DNA of 62,088 nt, filler included, from Pirum gemmata (taxonomy: Eukaryota), in NCBI GenBank assembly GCA_002812295.1. It is 13 parts of 13 records of this genome, joined end to end, with 100 filler letters (N's around TTAATTAATTAA, not from the genome) between each part and the next. Parts side by side here need not be neighbours in the genome. Positions count along the whole stretch, not along the records: positions 1 to 4,543 come from PDIN01001061.1; positions 4,644 to 9,200 come from PDIN01001062.1; positions 9,301 to 13,785 come from PDIN01001063.1; 10 more parts are not named here. The stretch is one strand, 5' to 3'. The notes below the pieces were generated by a model. The model was not told where the DNA came from. It saw nothing but the letters and a program-made list of their open reading frames with translations, and did no database searches. The position numbers and the translations under genes are program-made. This document shows positions 1 through 10,589 of this stretch, piece after piece (the stretch's first letter is position 1; the number at the start of each line of letters is the position of its first letter).

Positions 1-1951
1 AAAATGTTACCCTTAATAATAAAATAAAAACCTTGAAAATGTACATCGTTGAGAGTTTACCTTACTTTGTTGAGACCGTGGTTTCTTATATCACTATGGG
101 TATATATGAGTTAAAAGTTACTGATGAGCATGGTAATGAATTTAAGACCTTGACTAGGCGTGAGGTGAAAAACATTGTACAGGAAGGTACAAGGGTGGGG
201 CGTAACTTGTTGCTACCGTATGTTAGTAACAAGGTGGTAACAAATAAACACACTAAGGAGTTGAATAAAAGTCTTTTATTACAAGAAGAGCAAGAACTTG
301 CTTGCATGTTGTCTTTTACAGTTAGAAGTACTCCTGATAGAGAGTTGTTTTTGGAGCAAATTCCTGGTTGGGAGCCCTCGGTAGTACCTGAAGATGTTTT
401 TGGGAACAAAGTGGTGGGAGAGCCGGCCATCTTATTAATAAAACAATTGAGAAGGGTAGCATGGGACCCCAGGTCCGGCAAATTCATCAAAGGGTACCAA
501 CATAAAATAAAAATAAAGGAAGGAACTACTCCTATATTTCAATACTATAAAGAGAAACATGGTGAGAAGAGTAAGTATAGGGATGTAGAGACGAAACAAA
601 TGCAGGATTACGATTTTGTTGAAGATGCCCCTTGGGATAGCAGGTGGAATAGTCAACCTGTGATGGTTGCTAAGCCTGGGGATCAAGGGTGGCGTATGTG
701 TGCGAACTTAGCACCTATAAACAAATACGTAGAAGCAGAAACGTTTCCGATTATGACAGAAGGGGAACTAATGGAAGAGATTGGTGACAAAAAGTGTTTT
801 ACAGTATTAGANATACTACTTTCACTGTTAGTGAAGGTAGGAAACAATATAAGAGGCTACCCATGGGTTTGAAGGATGCTTCTTTTGTTTTCCAGAGGAT
901 CATGAACTCTATCTTAGGGGATATAGTAAATCTGTATATATATATAGACGATTTAATTATAGCGACTAACACTGTGGAGGAAAACCGGGTTATACTAACT
1001 GAGGTGTTACGGAGGATGGATGACCATGACATACAGCTACGTATTGAAAAGTGTATGTTTTTTGAGTCTACAGTAACATACTTGGGGCGCAAGGTATCAA
1101 ATGAGGGGGTATCGGTAACTGATGAGGCGTTGTTGGGTATTAAACGATTGAAGCCACCGGAATCTAAGGATGATGTTAGGAGTGTGTATCAATCATTATC
1201 ATGGTGGTCCAGGTTTATTCCAAACTTTTCGATTATAACTGAGCCTATATCTAAGTTAACTAAGGCGCAGGTTAAGTTTGAGTGGGGGTTGGATCAACAA
1301 ACAGCTTGGGCCAGAGTTATGAGTGAGTTGGAGTTAAAAAGACGACTCACCACTCCAGATTATAATGGCCAGTTGGTATTGTATGTGGATGCTTGCTTAA
1401 CAGGTCTAGGTGCAGCTCTATTTAATAAGATAGAGGATGAATTGGTACCTGTAGCCTTTGCGAGTACCAAGTTACAGGAATGTCATTTCAATTACTCGCC
1501 AACTGAGTTAGAGGGTTTAGCTCTAATATTTGGTATAACCAAGTATGAGAAGATATTGTCAGCCTGTGTTAACCCTTTTACCATATACACGGACCATAAA
1601 CCTTTGCTGGGTATATGGAGGAAGTTAGATGGTTACAGTACTGATGATTCAGTCAAGTATAGGAGGTTAAGACGGTGGTGGTCACTTATGAATGCCTTTA
1701 ATTTCACTTTAGAATATGTGCCTGGTAAGTTTAACTACCATGCTGATTCTCAGTCTAGAATGGCGAGTGAGATCAGTCAATGGTTACAGTTTGTTGACAC
1801 ATACGATAGAAAGGCGGAAGACATACATCTAGGGACGATAGTCTACAACAACAATAGTATAAATGACGAAAATAATGTTGGTGATAATAAATTAAATGGC
1901 ACTAATGATAGTAAAAATATTTATGATGCTAATAAAAAAGATAGTTTTATA

Positions 1952-2346
1952 GATTTTAAATTGAATCCTATTTTATTCTCTTTTATTAATAACTTAATGG
2001 GTACATTGGATGTTGATTTATTTGCAGCAGAGCATAATTGTCAATTGCCTACTTTTATAACTAAAGAGAAAAATTCTTTTTTATTAGATTGGAATATGTT
2101 TAGAGGCTGGGCTAATCCACCTTTTTATTTATTACATAAAGTTTTATTAAAAATTTATCATTCTGGCGCTACGGTGATAGTCTGCCACCCTTACGACCCT
2201 TCTGCTAGTTGGTGGGGGCTTTGGACCACCTTGTTGTGTTGTGATCCGATTATTCTACCCAGAGCTACTAACACTTTTTTGCATAGGGGGGACAAAATTT
2301 TAGGACCACCCCGGTGGTCGGTCATTTTGGTCTCCAAATTGTCCGG
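1952..2346 (+). CDS. DIRS-type Dam-like N6-adenine DNA methyltransferase domain embedded in pol
   Basis: DFKLNPILF...GTLDVDLFAAEHNCQL (SAM-binding motif, DLFA 2015-2026), WANPPFYLLHKVLLKI (catalytic NPPF 2114-2125), VIVCHPYDPSASWW, ending KLSG. Same motif order as the MT domain of DIRS1 elements. Confidence 0.85.
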
Positions 2347-2699
2347 AAATCAAAGTTCTCATTTTATGCCATCTGAAAATTTTTTTTGGGCTTTAGACGC
2401 CCAGTTGCAACTAGGTGTATCCTTATCGGTGGGCCCGCTTCCTGTTGATGAAAAAGGGGACACATTGTTACCTTATTTTGGGAACAGGGCATCTTATCAA
2501 TTTTGGCCCAAAATGCAGGCGGCTGCTGGGCAGGTTGTGACGTCACATATCAGTCCCGTTTTGGGGGATTTTGGTTTGGCTCTCATTGGAGCAGAGCGGG
2601 GGGCTTCCGGGTCTGCGGAAGTTCAGTCTGCTGAGAAAAATTTTGAGACAGTTTTTCACATTTTACCTGATGGTACCAAATTAAATAAATCAGATCTTA

Positions 2700-3660
2700 T
2701 TATGCACATACATTTATTTACTGGTCATGGAAAATTAAAAAAAATTCGTTTTCAGTTGGGTCTTATGGACTATGTGTCTAGTTTTTCTGACAGTTTCATT
2801 GATAGTGTTGTGTCTCGTTGTAAATCTTGTGATTTATTTAATAAAACTAAGAAGGTTAAATTACCTTTGGCTTCCTATCCTTTGTGTACCAAGCCATTAG
2901 AGCGTGTATCTATGGATTTATGTAAACTTAATGCAACGGTTGGTGGGTATAATTATATTTTAGTCATCATTGATCATTATTCCAGGTTTGTAGCGGCTGA
3001 ACCTTTAGAAAATAAAAATTCTACTACTGTATTTCCTTATATTATTCAATTTATTCACAATTATGGTCAGCCTGTTGAGTTTAATAATGATGGGGGTCAG
3101 GAATTCTTGGCTGATGATACTATTCAACAATTACGTAGTCTAGGTATTATGGTTCATCATCATACTCCTAGACGTCATCAGGCTAATGGTATGGTTGAAC
3201 GTGTAATTGGCACTATTCAACACATTTTACGACGTTTTATGCATGATGATAATAAACAACAGTGCTGGGTTCGTTATTTGCGGAAGGCTGTAGAGGCTTA
3301 TAATGGGTCTTTTCATTCTAGTATTAAAAACATTCCTGATTTATTGTTTTTGGGGCGTTTACGTAATAATCCTTTTGTGGTCAGTTCTTCACCATATCAA
3401 CAACGACAATCAGTAGGGGCACAACATCTGGCTGCGTCTCATCGCAAGCATAATTATGATAAAACTGTTTCTTGTCCTTTTCGGTTTCAGGTTGGGGATA
3501 AGGTTTGGCGTTTGTTAGATAACAATAGGGATGATTTGGCTAGTGTTTGGGAGGATAATGTTTTGACTATTGAGGTGGTGAATGATACCCATGCTCTTTG
3601 TTCTGATGGTGTACATGTAAAGCCTATTAAGGTTCATCTAGACCAGCTGCGACCTGCTAC
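2700..3660 (+). CDS. DDE integrase domain (HHCC + core + SH3/GPY-F-like tail)
   Basis: HIHLFTGH/CKSC zinc finger, PLERVSMDL, YILVIIDHYSRF, NDGGQEF, HQANGMVERV, FQVGDKVW. Confidence 0.9.
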
Positions 3661-4120
3661 AGATGCTTATGTGTTTGATACTCCTTTGTCTTATGGTCAA
3701 ACCCCTACTGTTTTGCATCATTCTAGTTTAGCTGTTCCTATGTTAGGTGTAAATTTTTATTCAAAATGGTTGATGGACATGCCCTGGTATGATTCTGGTT
3801 CACCCTATGTTCTACGTTTAATAGAAATTTTGAGTAAAGGTAAGAAGTTTAAAACTGAGATGTCAACTCATTTTATGTTTTGGTTCAAGTTTCGGCAGTC
3901 TTCTTCTTTTGATTGTTGTTTGGAGGATGGTATGGCTAGTCCTTGGTCTGCGGCTTTGCGCTCTGCTGTTCGCTCGCAGATGTGTTTCGCTAGTGCTCAG
4001 ACTAGAGAATCTGGGGTCCGCCGTGCTTTGAAGTTTGGTTTATGTGCGGATTTTCGTGATAAAACTTTGGATCGTTTGTCTGCTTGAAGTTATATTTTTT
4101 ATCTGCTTGAAGTTATATTT

Positions 4121-4125
<5 letters not shown>

Positions 4126-4162
<37 letters not shown>

Positions 4163-4168
4163 AAATGG
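4126..4168 (+). promoter_or_regulatory. Candidate polypurine tract
   Basis: A35-GAAAATGG lies 39 nt after the pol stop and directly before TG. Confidence 0.5.
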
Positions 4169-4513
4169 TGTTTTGTCCTCGCTTAATAAAGATTTTTCAG
4201 CATAAAAAGGACCTATCACCTGTGTTTTGAGCTACATTTTGTATTTTTTTTTGCTCATTTTCTCTTTCTGGATTTTATTTTCTTGGTTTTCTGGGTTTGT
4301 GTTTTATGGACTCTGTTTGTCTGTGTTTTTTTTTTCTTTGATGCTTTTTAGTCGGATTTTGGGTCTGATTACCTTTTTTTTTGTTTAGGCTTAATTAGCT
4401 TTGCGTTTCTTTTTCTTTTTTTCCTGACTCTTGGGTCTGGTTCTGTTTTGATTTGTTTAGTTAGTTTGGGTCATCTTTCTGTGTTTCAGGCAGATGACCT
4501 TGGGCGTGTCACA
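4169..4513 (+). repeat. Candidate 3' LTR (TGT...ACA, ~345 bp)
   Basis: Starts TGTTTTG immediately after the purine tract and ends GTGTCACA. The 5' LTR is outside the window, so this is unconfirmed. Confidence 0.5.
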
Positions 4514-4643
4514 GCTCGAGTGTTCGAGGTGAGTTTCGAACTCNNNNNNNNNNNNNNNNNNNNNNNNNNNNNNNNNNNNNNNNNNNNTTAATTAATTAAN
4601 NNNNNNNNNNNNNNNNNNNNNNNNNNNNNNNNNNNNNNNNNNN

Positions 4644-5092
4644 CCTAACCCTAACCCTAACCCTAACCCTAACCGAAACCCTAATTATAACCCTAATCCT
4701 AACCCTAACAGTCCCTAACCCTAACCCCAATTCTAATTATAATCCTAACCCTAACAGTCCCTAACCCTAACCCCAACCCTAACCCTAATCCTAATCCTCA
4801 GCTAACCCTAACCCTAACCCTAAGCTAACCCTAACCCTAATCCTGTTCGTGCTTAATTAGTAATAATGTATTTATTAGCTTAATAATTGGGATTAATTTG
4901 GTCTGTGATTTGGTAGTTCTTATTTCACTTTTTTCAACCCCAAATTGATTGATAAGTTTTAAGGTTAAGGCTAGGGTTAGGGTTAGGGTTAGGATTAGGA
5001 TTAGGGTTAATGTTAAGAGTTAGGGTTAGAGTTAAGAGTTAGGGTTTGAGTTAAGAGTTAGGGCTAGAGTTAGGGTTAGGGTGAGGGTTAAG
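4644..5092. repeat. Degenerate (CCCTAA)n - ~120 bp spacer - (TTAGGG)n
   Basis: Direct reading: 4644-4842 CCCTAA-like, 4961-5092 TTAGGG/TTAGAG-like. Confidence 0.9.
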
Positions 5093-6334
5093 GACTAATG
5101 GGACTGTGAATGACTATGACAGACGGGGCTTAGCTAGCAGATTACAGTTATTTTGGTATATTTTAAAATTTATTATCTTTATATTGATTTAAAAATGTCA
5201 ATTTAAATATTATAACCCCCCAAATAAATATTCAGAGTGAGAAAATAAATGAAAAACACGATAAATAATCATAAAATAAAAATCGAAATCAACGTTAGAA
5301 ACTTTACCAGAAAGGAAACTGGATCATTTATTTCAGTGGAAATATGGAGTGAATATTGAAATTATTTAACACAGTCTATTGGTCAATTTTTTACGCCATT
5401 TCTTCCGTCATTAATATGATATATCACAACAATATCGTCTATTTCATTACAGTTGTTCTCTCAATTGTTAATTTGGTACTGTTTTTGAACTGGATATTAA
5501 TAACACCATTGAAAAACACGATAATTTATTACGTATTAATACAGCATTACCATTTCCATATTGATTTCATGGAAGATATTCATCAACATTATCGATAATA
5601 TATATATGTAATATTTATAGTGCTTTTCATTTGTTTTTTCATCATAAAATATACAATAAATAGTACCAAATAAATACAATATACATCCATTTAATTTAAT
5701 TTGGAATATTTTATTATCTATATATTGATTTAAAAATTATAACCCTCCAAATAAATATTCAGAGTGACAAAATAAATGAAATGCACGATATAAACCAAAC
5801 AAAATATTATAATGTTATTAATATTAGGAATAGTTTTAGAACTGTGTTAGAAAAGTAGGGGTGAGATGACTTTATTATTACCGAACAGCTGCCGGAACTC
5901 TTCCGATTTTACTATTAATGCTAATATTATTACTTTAATTGGTATCTACTATAATTATATTTACTATGTTAAGCTATTGAACTTCCATTATTAGTAAAAA
6001 ACACGGTAAACATCTGTTAGATATCTCACCCTTACTGTTAGAAATATCATTATCTATATGTAAGTTAAACTGAAATTTTTAAACCGGGCAACATACCGTG
6101 CATTTCATTTATTTTGGCACTCTGGATATTTATTTGGAGGGTTATAATCTTTAAATTGACATTTTTAAATCAATATATAGATAATAAAATACTACTGAAA
6201 AGCACGATATTAATACTAGATTCTTTATTTCACAATGCCTATTAGAAATACTTTTTAATAAAAAAAAAGATAAGAAACTAATCTAGTTGCTACTACCGGG
6301 TAGATTAGGATTAGTGTATAATATCGCAGTATAA

Positions 6335-6711
6335 GGGAGCGTTCAAATACTACGTAACGCTTACGGGTAGGTAGGGGGGGGTAGAATTTTGTAGCTAATT
6401 TTGTGACCAAAGTGTGACCATTTAATTAGTGTAGGTAGATATTTCGCAATGTTACGTCACTCAAAAATATATATATATATATATAGTGGGAAAAAAAAAA
6501 TGAGCTTTTTTTGGGATTTTTTTAGCTTTTTTTGGGATTTTTTGAGCTTTTTTTGCTTTTTGAGTATACTAATTAGGGTACTATTTTTTTAAAACGTTAC
6601 GTCATTATGGGTAAGTCATTTTTCTCGATGTTACGATTGTGTGACATTTGAGTAGACTAGGTGGGTAGGTTCTTGCCAGAAATTAGCGTTACGTAGTATT
6701 TGAACGCTCCC
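6335..6711. mobile_element. PIF/Harbinger (Tourist-like) MITE, 377 bp
   Basis: Perfect 27-bp TIR GGGAGCGTTCAAATACTACGTAACGCT; TAA TSD at 6332-6334 and 6712-6714. Confidence 0.9.
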
Positions 6712-8668
6712 TAATATCGTACGTACTTTTCAGTTGTTTTGTCATCATAAAATATACAATAAAGAGTACCAAATTAATACAATATAAATCCTTTTCATTT
6801 AATTTGGTATATTTTATTAACCATTTATTCATTTAACAATGTCAATTTAAAAACTTATAACCTACCAAATAAATATTCGGAGTGACAAAATAAATGAAAA
6901 GGGCTATACTAATTATAATGCAGCTACTAATGCCCTCTAGCTAAGTAGTAGCAACTTATCAAGGGGAAACTAGCTACTAGTTAGCTATAGAGTAGTGCTT
7001 AGCGGCCTGTGCTTAGTTAGCACTGCTTAGCTATAGCATTGATAGTAGAGATCAAAAGGAGTTGAAGTTGAACTTCTTGGCTACTCTAGCTAGTAGCTAA
7101 GCTAGGCAGTAATACTACTACCAGTAGTCTACTCTAGTATCTATATATAGTATCTATTGTGCTTTTCATTTATTCTGTCACTCCAAATATTTATTTGGTT
7201 GGTTATGATATTTAAATTGACTTTTTTAAATGAACAAATAGATAATAAAATATACCAAATTAAATGAAATGGATTTATATTGTATTAATTTGGTAGTCTT
7301 TTTTTATATATTTTTTGATGACAAAACAACTAACTGAAGATGCGGTTTTTCTTTCTTTTTTTGAAAATCGACTTGAGAGAAGAATCAGAGAGAAATGTAT
7401 TAAATTTTTGTATAATATCAGACCAGCTATCAGAAGTTATCTCTATCAGACCCCTAATATTATAATGTTGCGGCATTTTATATTTTAAACCTGTTGTTAT
7501 GTCGTCATAAAATTATAGTGACGTTGTATTTGTAAAGCTTGGTCGAAAGTTTGACTACCTCCAGCCTGCCCCCAGTAGTAGACTATCACAAAACTACCAC
7601 CGTATCATAGCATCGAGTCATAGAGCCATGACAGCCAGCTACTACTACTACTAGCTAGCCTACAACAGCACCGTCTATTTCTTTACAGTTCTCCTCTCAA
7701 TCTTTAATTTGGTACTGTTTAAGTGTATAATTGGACTTTTTTATAAAATACAACATTATGTATAAAATACCAAATTAATTAAAACATGTCTGATAGTTTA
7801 ACCATAATAATAATTTGGTACGTTTATTTCAGTTTTTGAACTGGACAACACTATTGAAAAACACGAAGCTACAAAATACGTCACGTCAAGGGGTAGGTAG
7901 ATAGGTGGTAGTCCTAGTGGTGGTAGTCTATCTGACCGGAAATTAACGTCGAGGGGAAGACTAGGGGAAGGTAGGTAGGGGTATTTGAAGCTGTATTTGA
8001 CTGGATATTGGCGTTACGTAGCTGTTACGTATACCTGTACTCTGGTCCTTGGAGTCTGCACTGCCATGAGTCTGCATTCTGCAAGCAGTTTGTGCCCGCG
8101 GGCTGGGTCGCAGCTCTACCGATTACAGTTCACAAGCTAGCATCGTACCTTTCATTTATTTTGTCATTCTGAACATTTATTTGGCGGGCTATAATCTTTA
8201 AATTGACATTTTTAAATCAATACTTAGTACCAAAATAAATTAAATTTATTGTATAATATTTTATGATGGCAAAACAACTGAAAAGTATAATTTTTTTAAA
8301 AAAAGTATTATAGACTACCATAGACTCCATAGTAGTAGTTTTTTAATAGTAGACTCAGCTCTGTAACCCCTCTGTAGTTCGCTAGAATCGCTAAGCGATA
8401 CTTCTCCATATATGGTAATTTTGGGGTTGTTAATTAAAGGCGGAGCCGGCAATTGCGGCGGCGGCAAAGACTCCAAAAGTCTGTCGGCCTAGTGTCGGGT
8501 GACTCAGGTTGGCCGAAGAAAGAAAAAAATAAAATGATTTCCAAAAAAAAATCAAAATATACAAAAAAGGCATAATGTTTCGGTAAATTAAGTGTAAAAA
8601 AATATATATCATATATATAAACAGAGTAATCGTGTAAATCGATCACAAAATGTGAAAAAAATTCTAAG

Positions 8669-9200
8669 TATTTTTTTTACCAATTTTGTTTATTCCTTAA
8701 CCATAATTTGTGGTACTTTTTACCATATTTGCTCAAAATATCGTGTGGCCAGGGGGCCTTTGATGTCATTTTTTTATATTGGAAACAGAATTTTCTGCCA
8801 CCGTGAAATCAGCTAACAGAATTTGTCACAACACCGATAGATTTGATAACAAATGTGACGACAAATTTTCGTTCAATACGTCACAATATTTAATAATATG
8901 ATATCTATTATTATTATTAATTATTATTAATTTTATTACAATGATATTGAATTCATTAGTATTATTATTAAGTTTATTACAATGATATTAAATTCATCAT
9001 TATTATTATTAAGTTTATTACAATTGATTAGTTGATCACGAGTATTACGAGTATCACGAGTATCATCGTTAATACATCAACCATTAGATCCCATTGATCA
9101 ACATTTGTTATGCCCCCTGGCCACACGATATTTTTAGCAAATATGGTAAAAAGTACCACAAATTATGGTTAAGGAATAAACAAAATTGGTAAAAAAAATA
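8669..9200. repeat. Long inverted repeat: 89-bp arms (8669-8757 / 9112-9200), 354-bp spacer
   Basis: Arms match at 88/89 positions; the right arm runs into the gap. Confidence 0.92.
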
Positions 9201-9917
9201 NNNNNNNNNNNNNNNNNNNNNNNNNNNNNNNNNNNNNNNNNNNNTTAATTAATTAANNNNNNNNNNNNNNNNNNNNNNNNNNNNNNNNNNNNNNNNNNNN
9301 TTGTTATTATTATTATTGTTATTGTTATAGTTAGTTATTGTTATTGTTATTATTTTTATTTTTTTTTTTTGACCACTCTAGACTCTAGTGTATTATTATT
9401 ATACTATATAGCGGAAAATGAGCGAAAAATGAGCGAAGAATATTTTTAAAAATGAGCATTTAGATTGCCTAATTAAGGTGGTTGTGATTTTTTGCGCTTT
9501 TTTATATGTTTACTATATTTAGACTACAAGTTAACCAATAAAAGGTGAATTTTTTTTTATGGAATTGTTGATTAACAAACTTTATCCAACAATCCCAGGA
9601 CCCCTGTTTTGGAGTCCTTTTGTTTTTAACCCAAACCCTAATTACGATTTTAGGGTTTGGGTTATTACAACGTTGGTGTTTGGAATCTCTAAAGAAAGAG
9701 TTTTGATTGGATTCGATTTTTTTTCAAATAAAATCCAACTTTCTCTATGAATAAGCCGACGAAAATAGACTTGTTGTATGTAATTAATTATCGAATAATT
9801 GTATTTTCGCAAAATCTTTCGCATACGTTTTTACTTACCGGTAGAAGAAATTATCACTACTCTTTGATTCGATTTTTTGATATATCATATTATTAAATTA
9901 TCCAGATTAGCTTGTAA

Positions 9918-10068
9918 GGGTTAGGGTTAGGGTTAGGGTTAGAGGGTTAGGGTTAGCCTAACCCTAACCCTAACCCTAACCCTAACCCTAACCCTAACCC
10001 TAACCCTAACCCTAACCCTAACCCTAACCCTAACCCTAACCCTAACCCTAACCCTAACCCTAACCCTA
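9918..10068. repeat. Head-to-head (TTAGGG)n|(CCCTAA)n telomeric array
   Basis: Orientation switches at 9956/9957 (GGTTAG|CCTAAC). Confidence 0.92.
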
Positions 10069-10589
10069 ATTATTATGCGTATATATAAATTATTAATATA
10101 ATAATATAAATTATAATAATAGGTAAAATTACTAGGGTAAAATTAGGTGGAATGTAAGGATTAGGTTAAAAGTAGGGTTATTAGGGTTAGGGTTACGGTC
10201 ATAGTTACATATTATATCAATATATGTGTGTGTGTGTTTAGAGGGCATACCAGTACCGGTTATAGTACTGGTTGGGTTAAATCTTTTCTAGCTAGAGCTG
10301 TGGCTGGGTATTAATACTAAATATAGAGTTAGAGTTAGGATTAGAGTTTGCTATAGTAATTAGGGTTAGGGTTAGGGTTAGCGGTAACGATATCAATATT
10401 GATAACAGGGTTATAACTAAGGTTGGGGTACTCGGTTAATCAACGTTAGGGTTAGGGTTGGGCTCGAGTTATAATATAATTAAGGCCAAATATATTATAA
10501 TTTAGCTGTGGGTTAGGGCTAATTAGGTTTAGAGTTAGGGCGTAGGGTTCTTGGATAAGGCTATAGATAATTACATGCATGTTATTAAT

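Larger units (their letters stand above)
33..4087 (+). mobile_element. Ty3/Gypsy-like LTR retrotransposon pol (5'-truncated by window): protease tail-RT-RNase H-DNA MTase-integrase
   Basis: RT motifs WNSQPVMVAK, WRMC, FTVLD, RLPMGL, YIDD (941-952), YLG. Ty3-type RNase H: YVDAC, NYSPTELEGLA, TDHKPL, PGKFNYHADSQSR. Integrase HHCC (HLFTGH..CKSC) and D-D-E core (VSMDL, NDGGQEF, NGMVER). RT-RH-INT order is Gypsy-type. The two ORFs join at the single N at 812. Confidence 0.95.

Noticed and set aside
800..830. Programmed frameshift between ORFs 33-872 and 794-4087
   Set aside because: The break is at an N inside RT, where the usual ~15 residues after FTVLD are missing. This is a collapsed assembly gap, like N 14840 in the LINE.
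1952..4087. Calling the element DIRS
   Set aside because: No tyrosine recombinase motifs seen; RNase H and integrase are Ty3/Gypsy type.
4126..4160. Poly(A) tail of a LINE or retrocopy
   Set aside because: Upstream ORF has a DDE integrase, and TG follows the tract; PPT fits better. No TSD visible.
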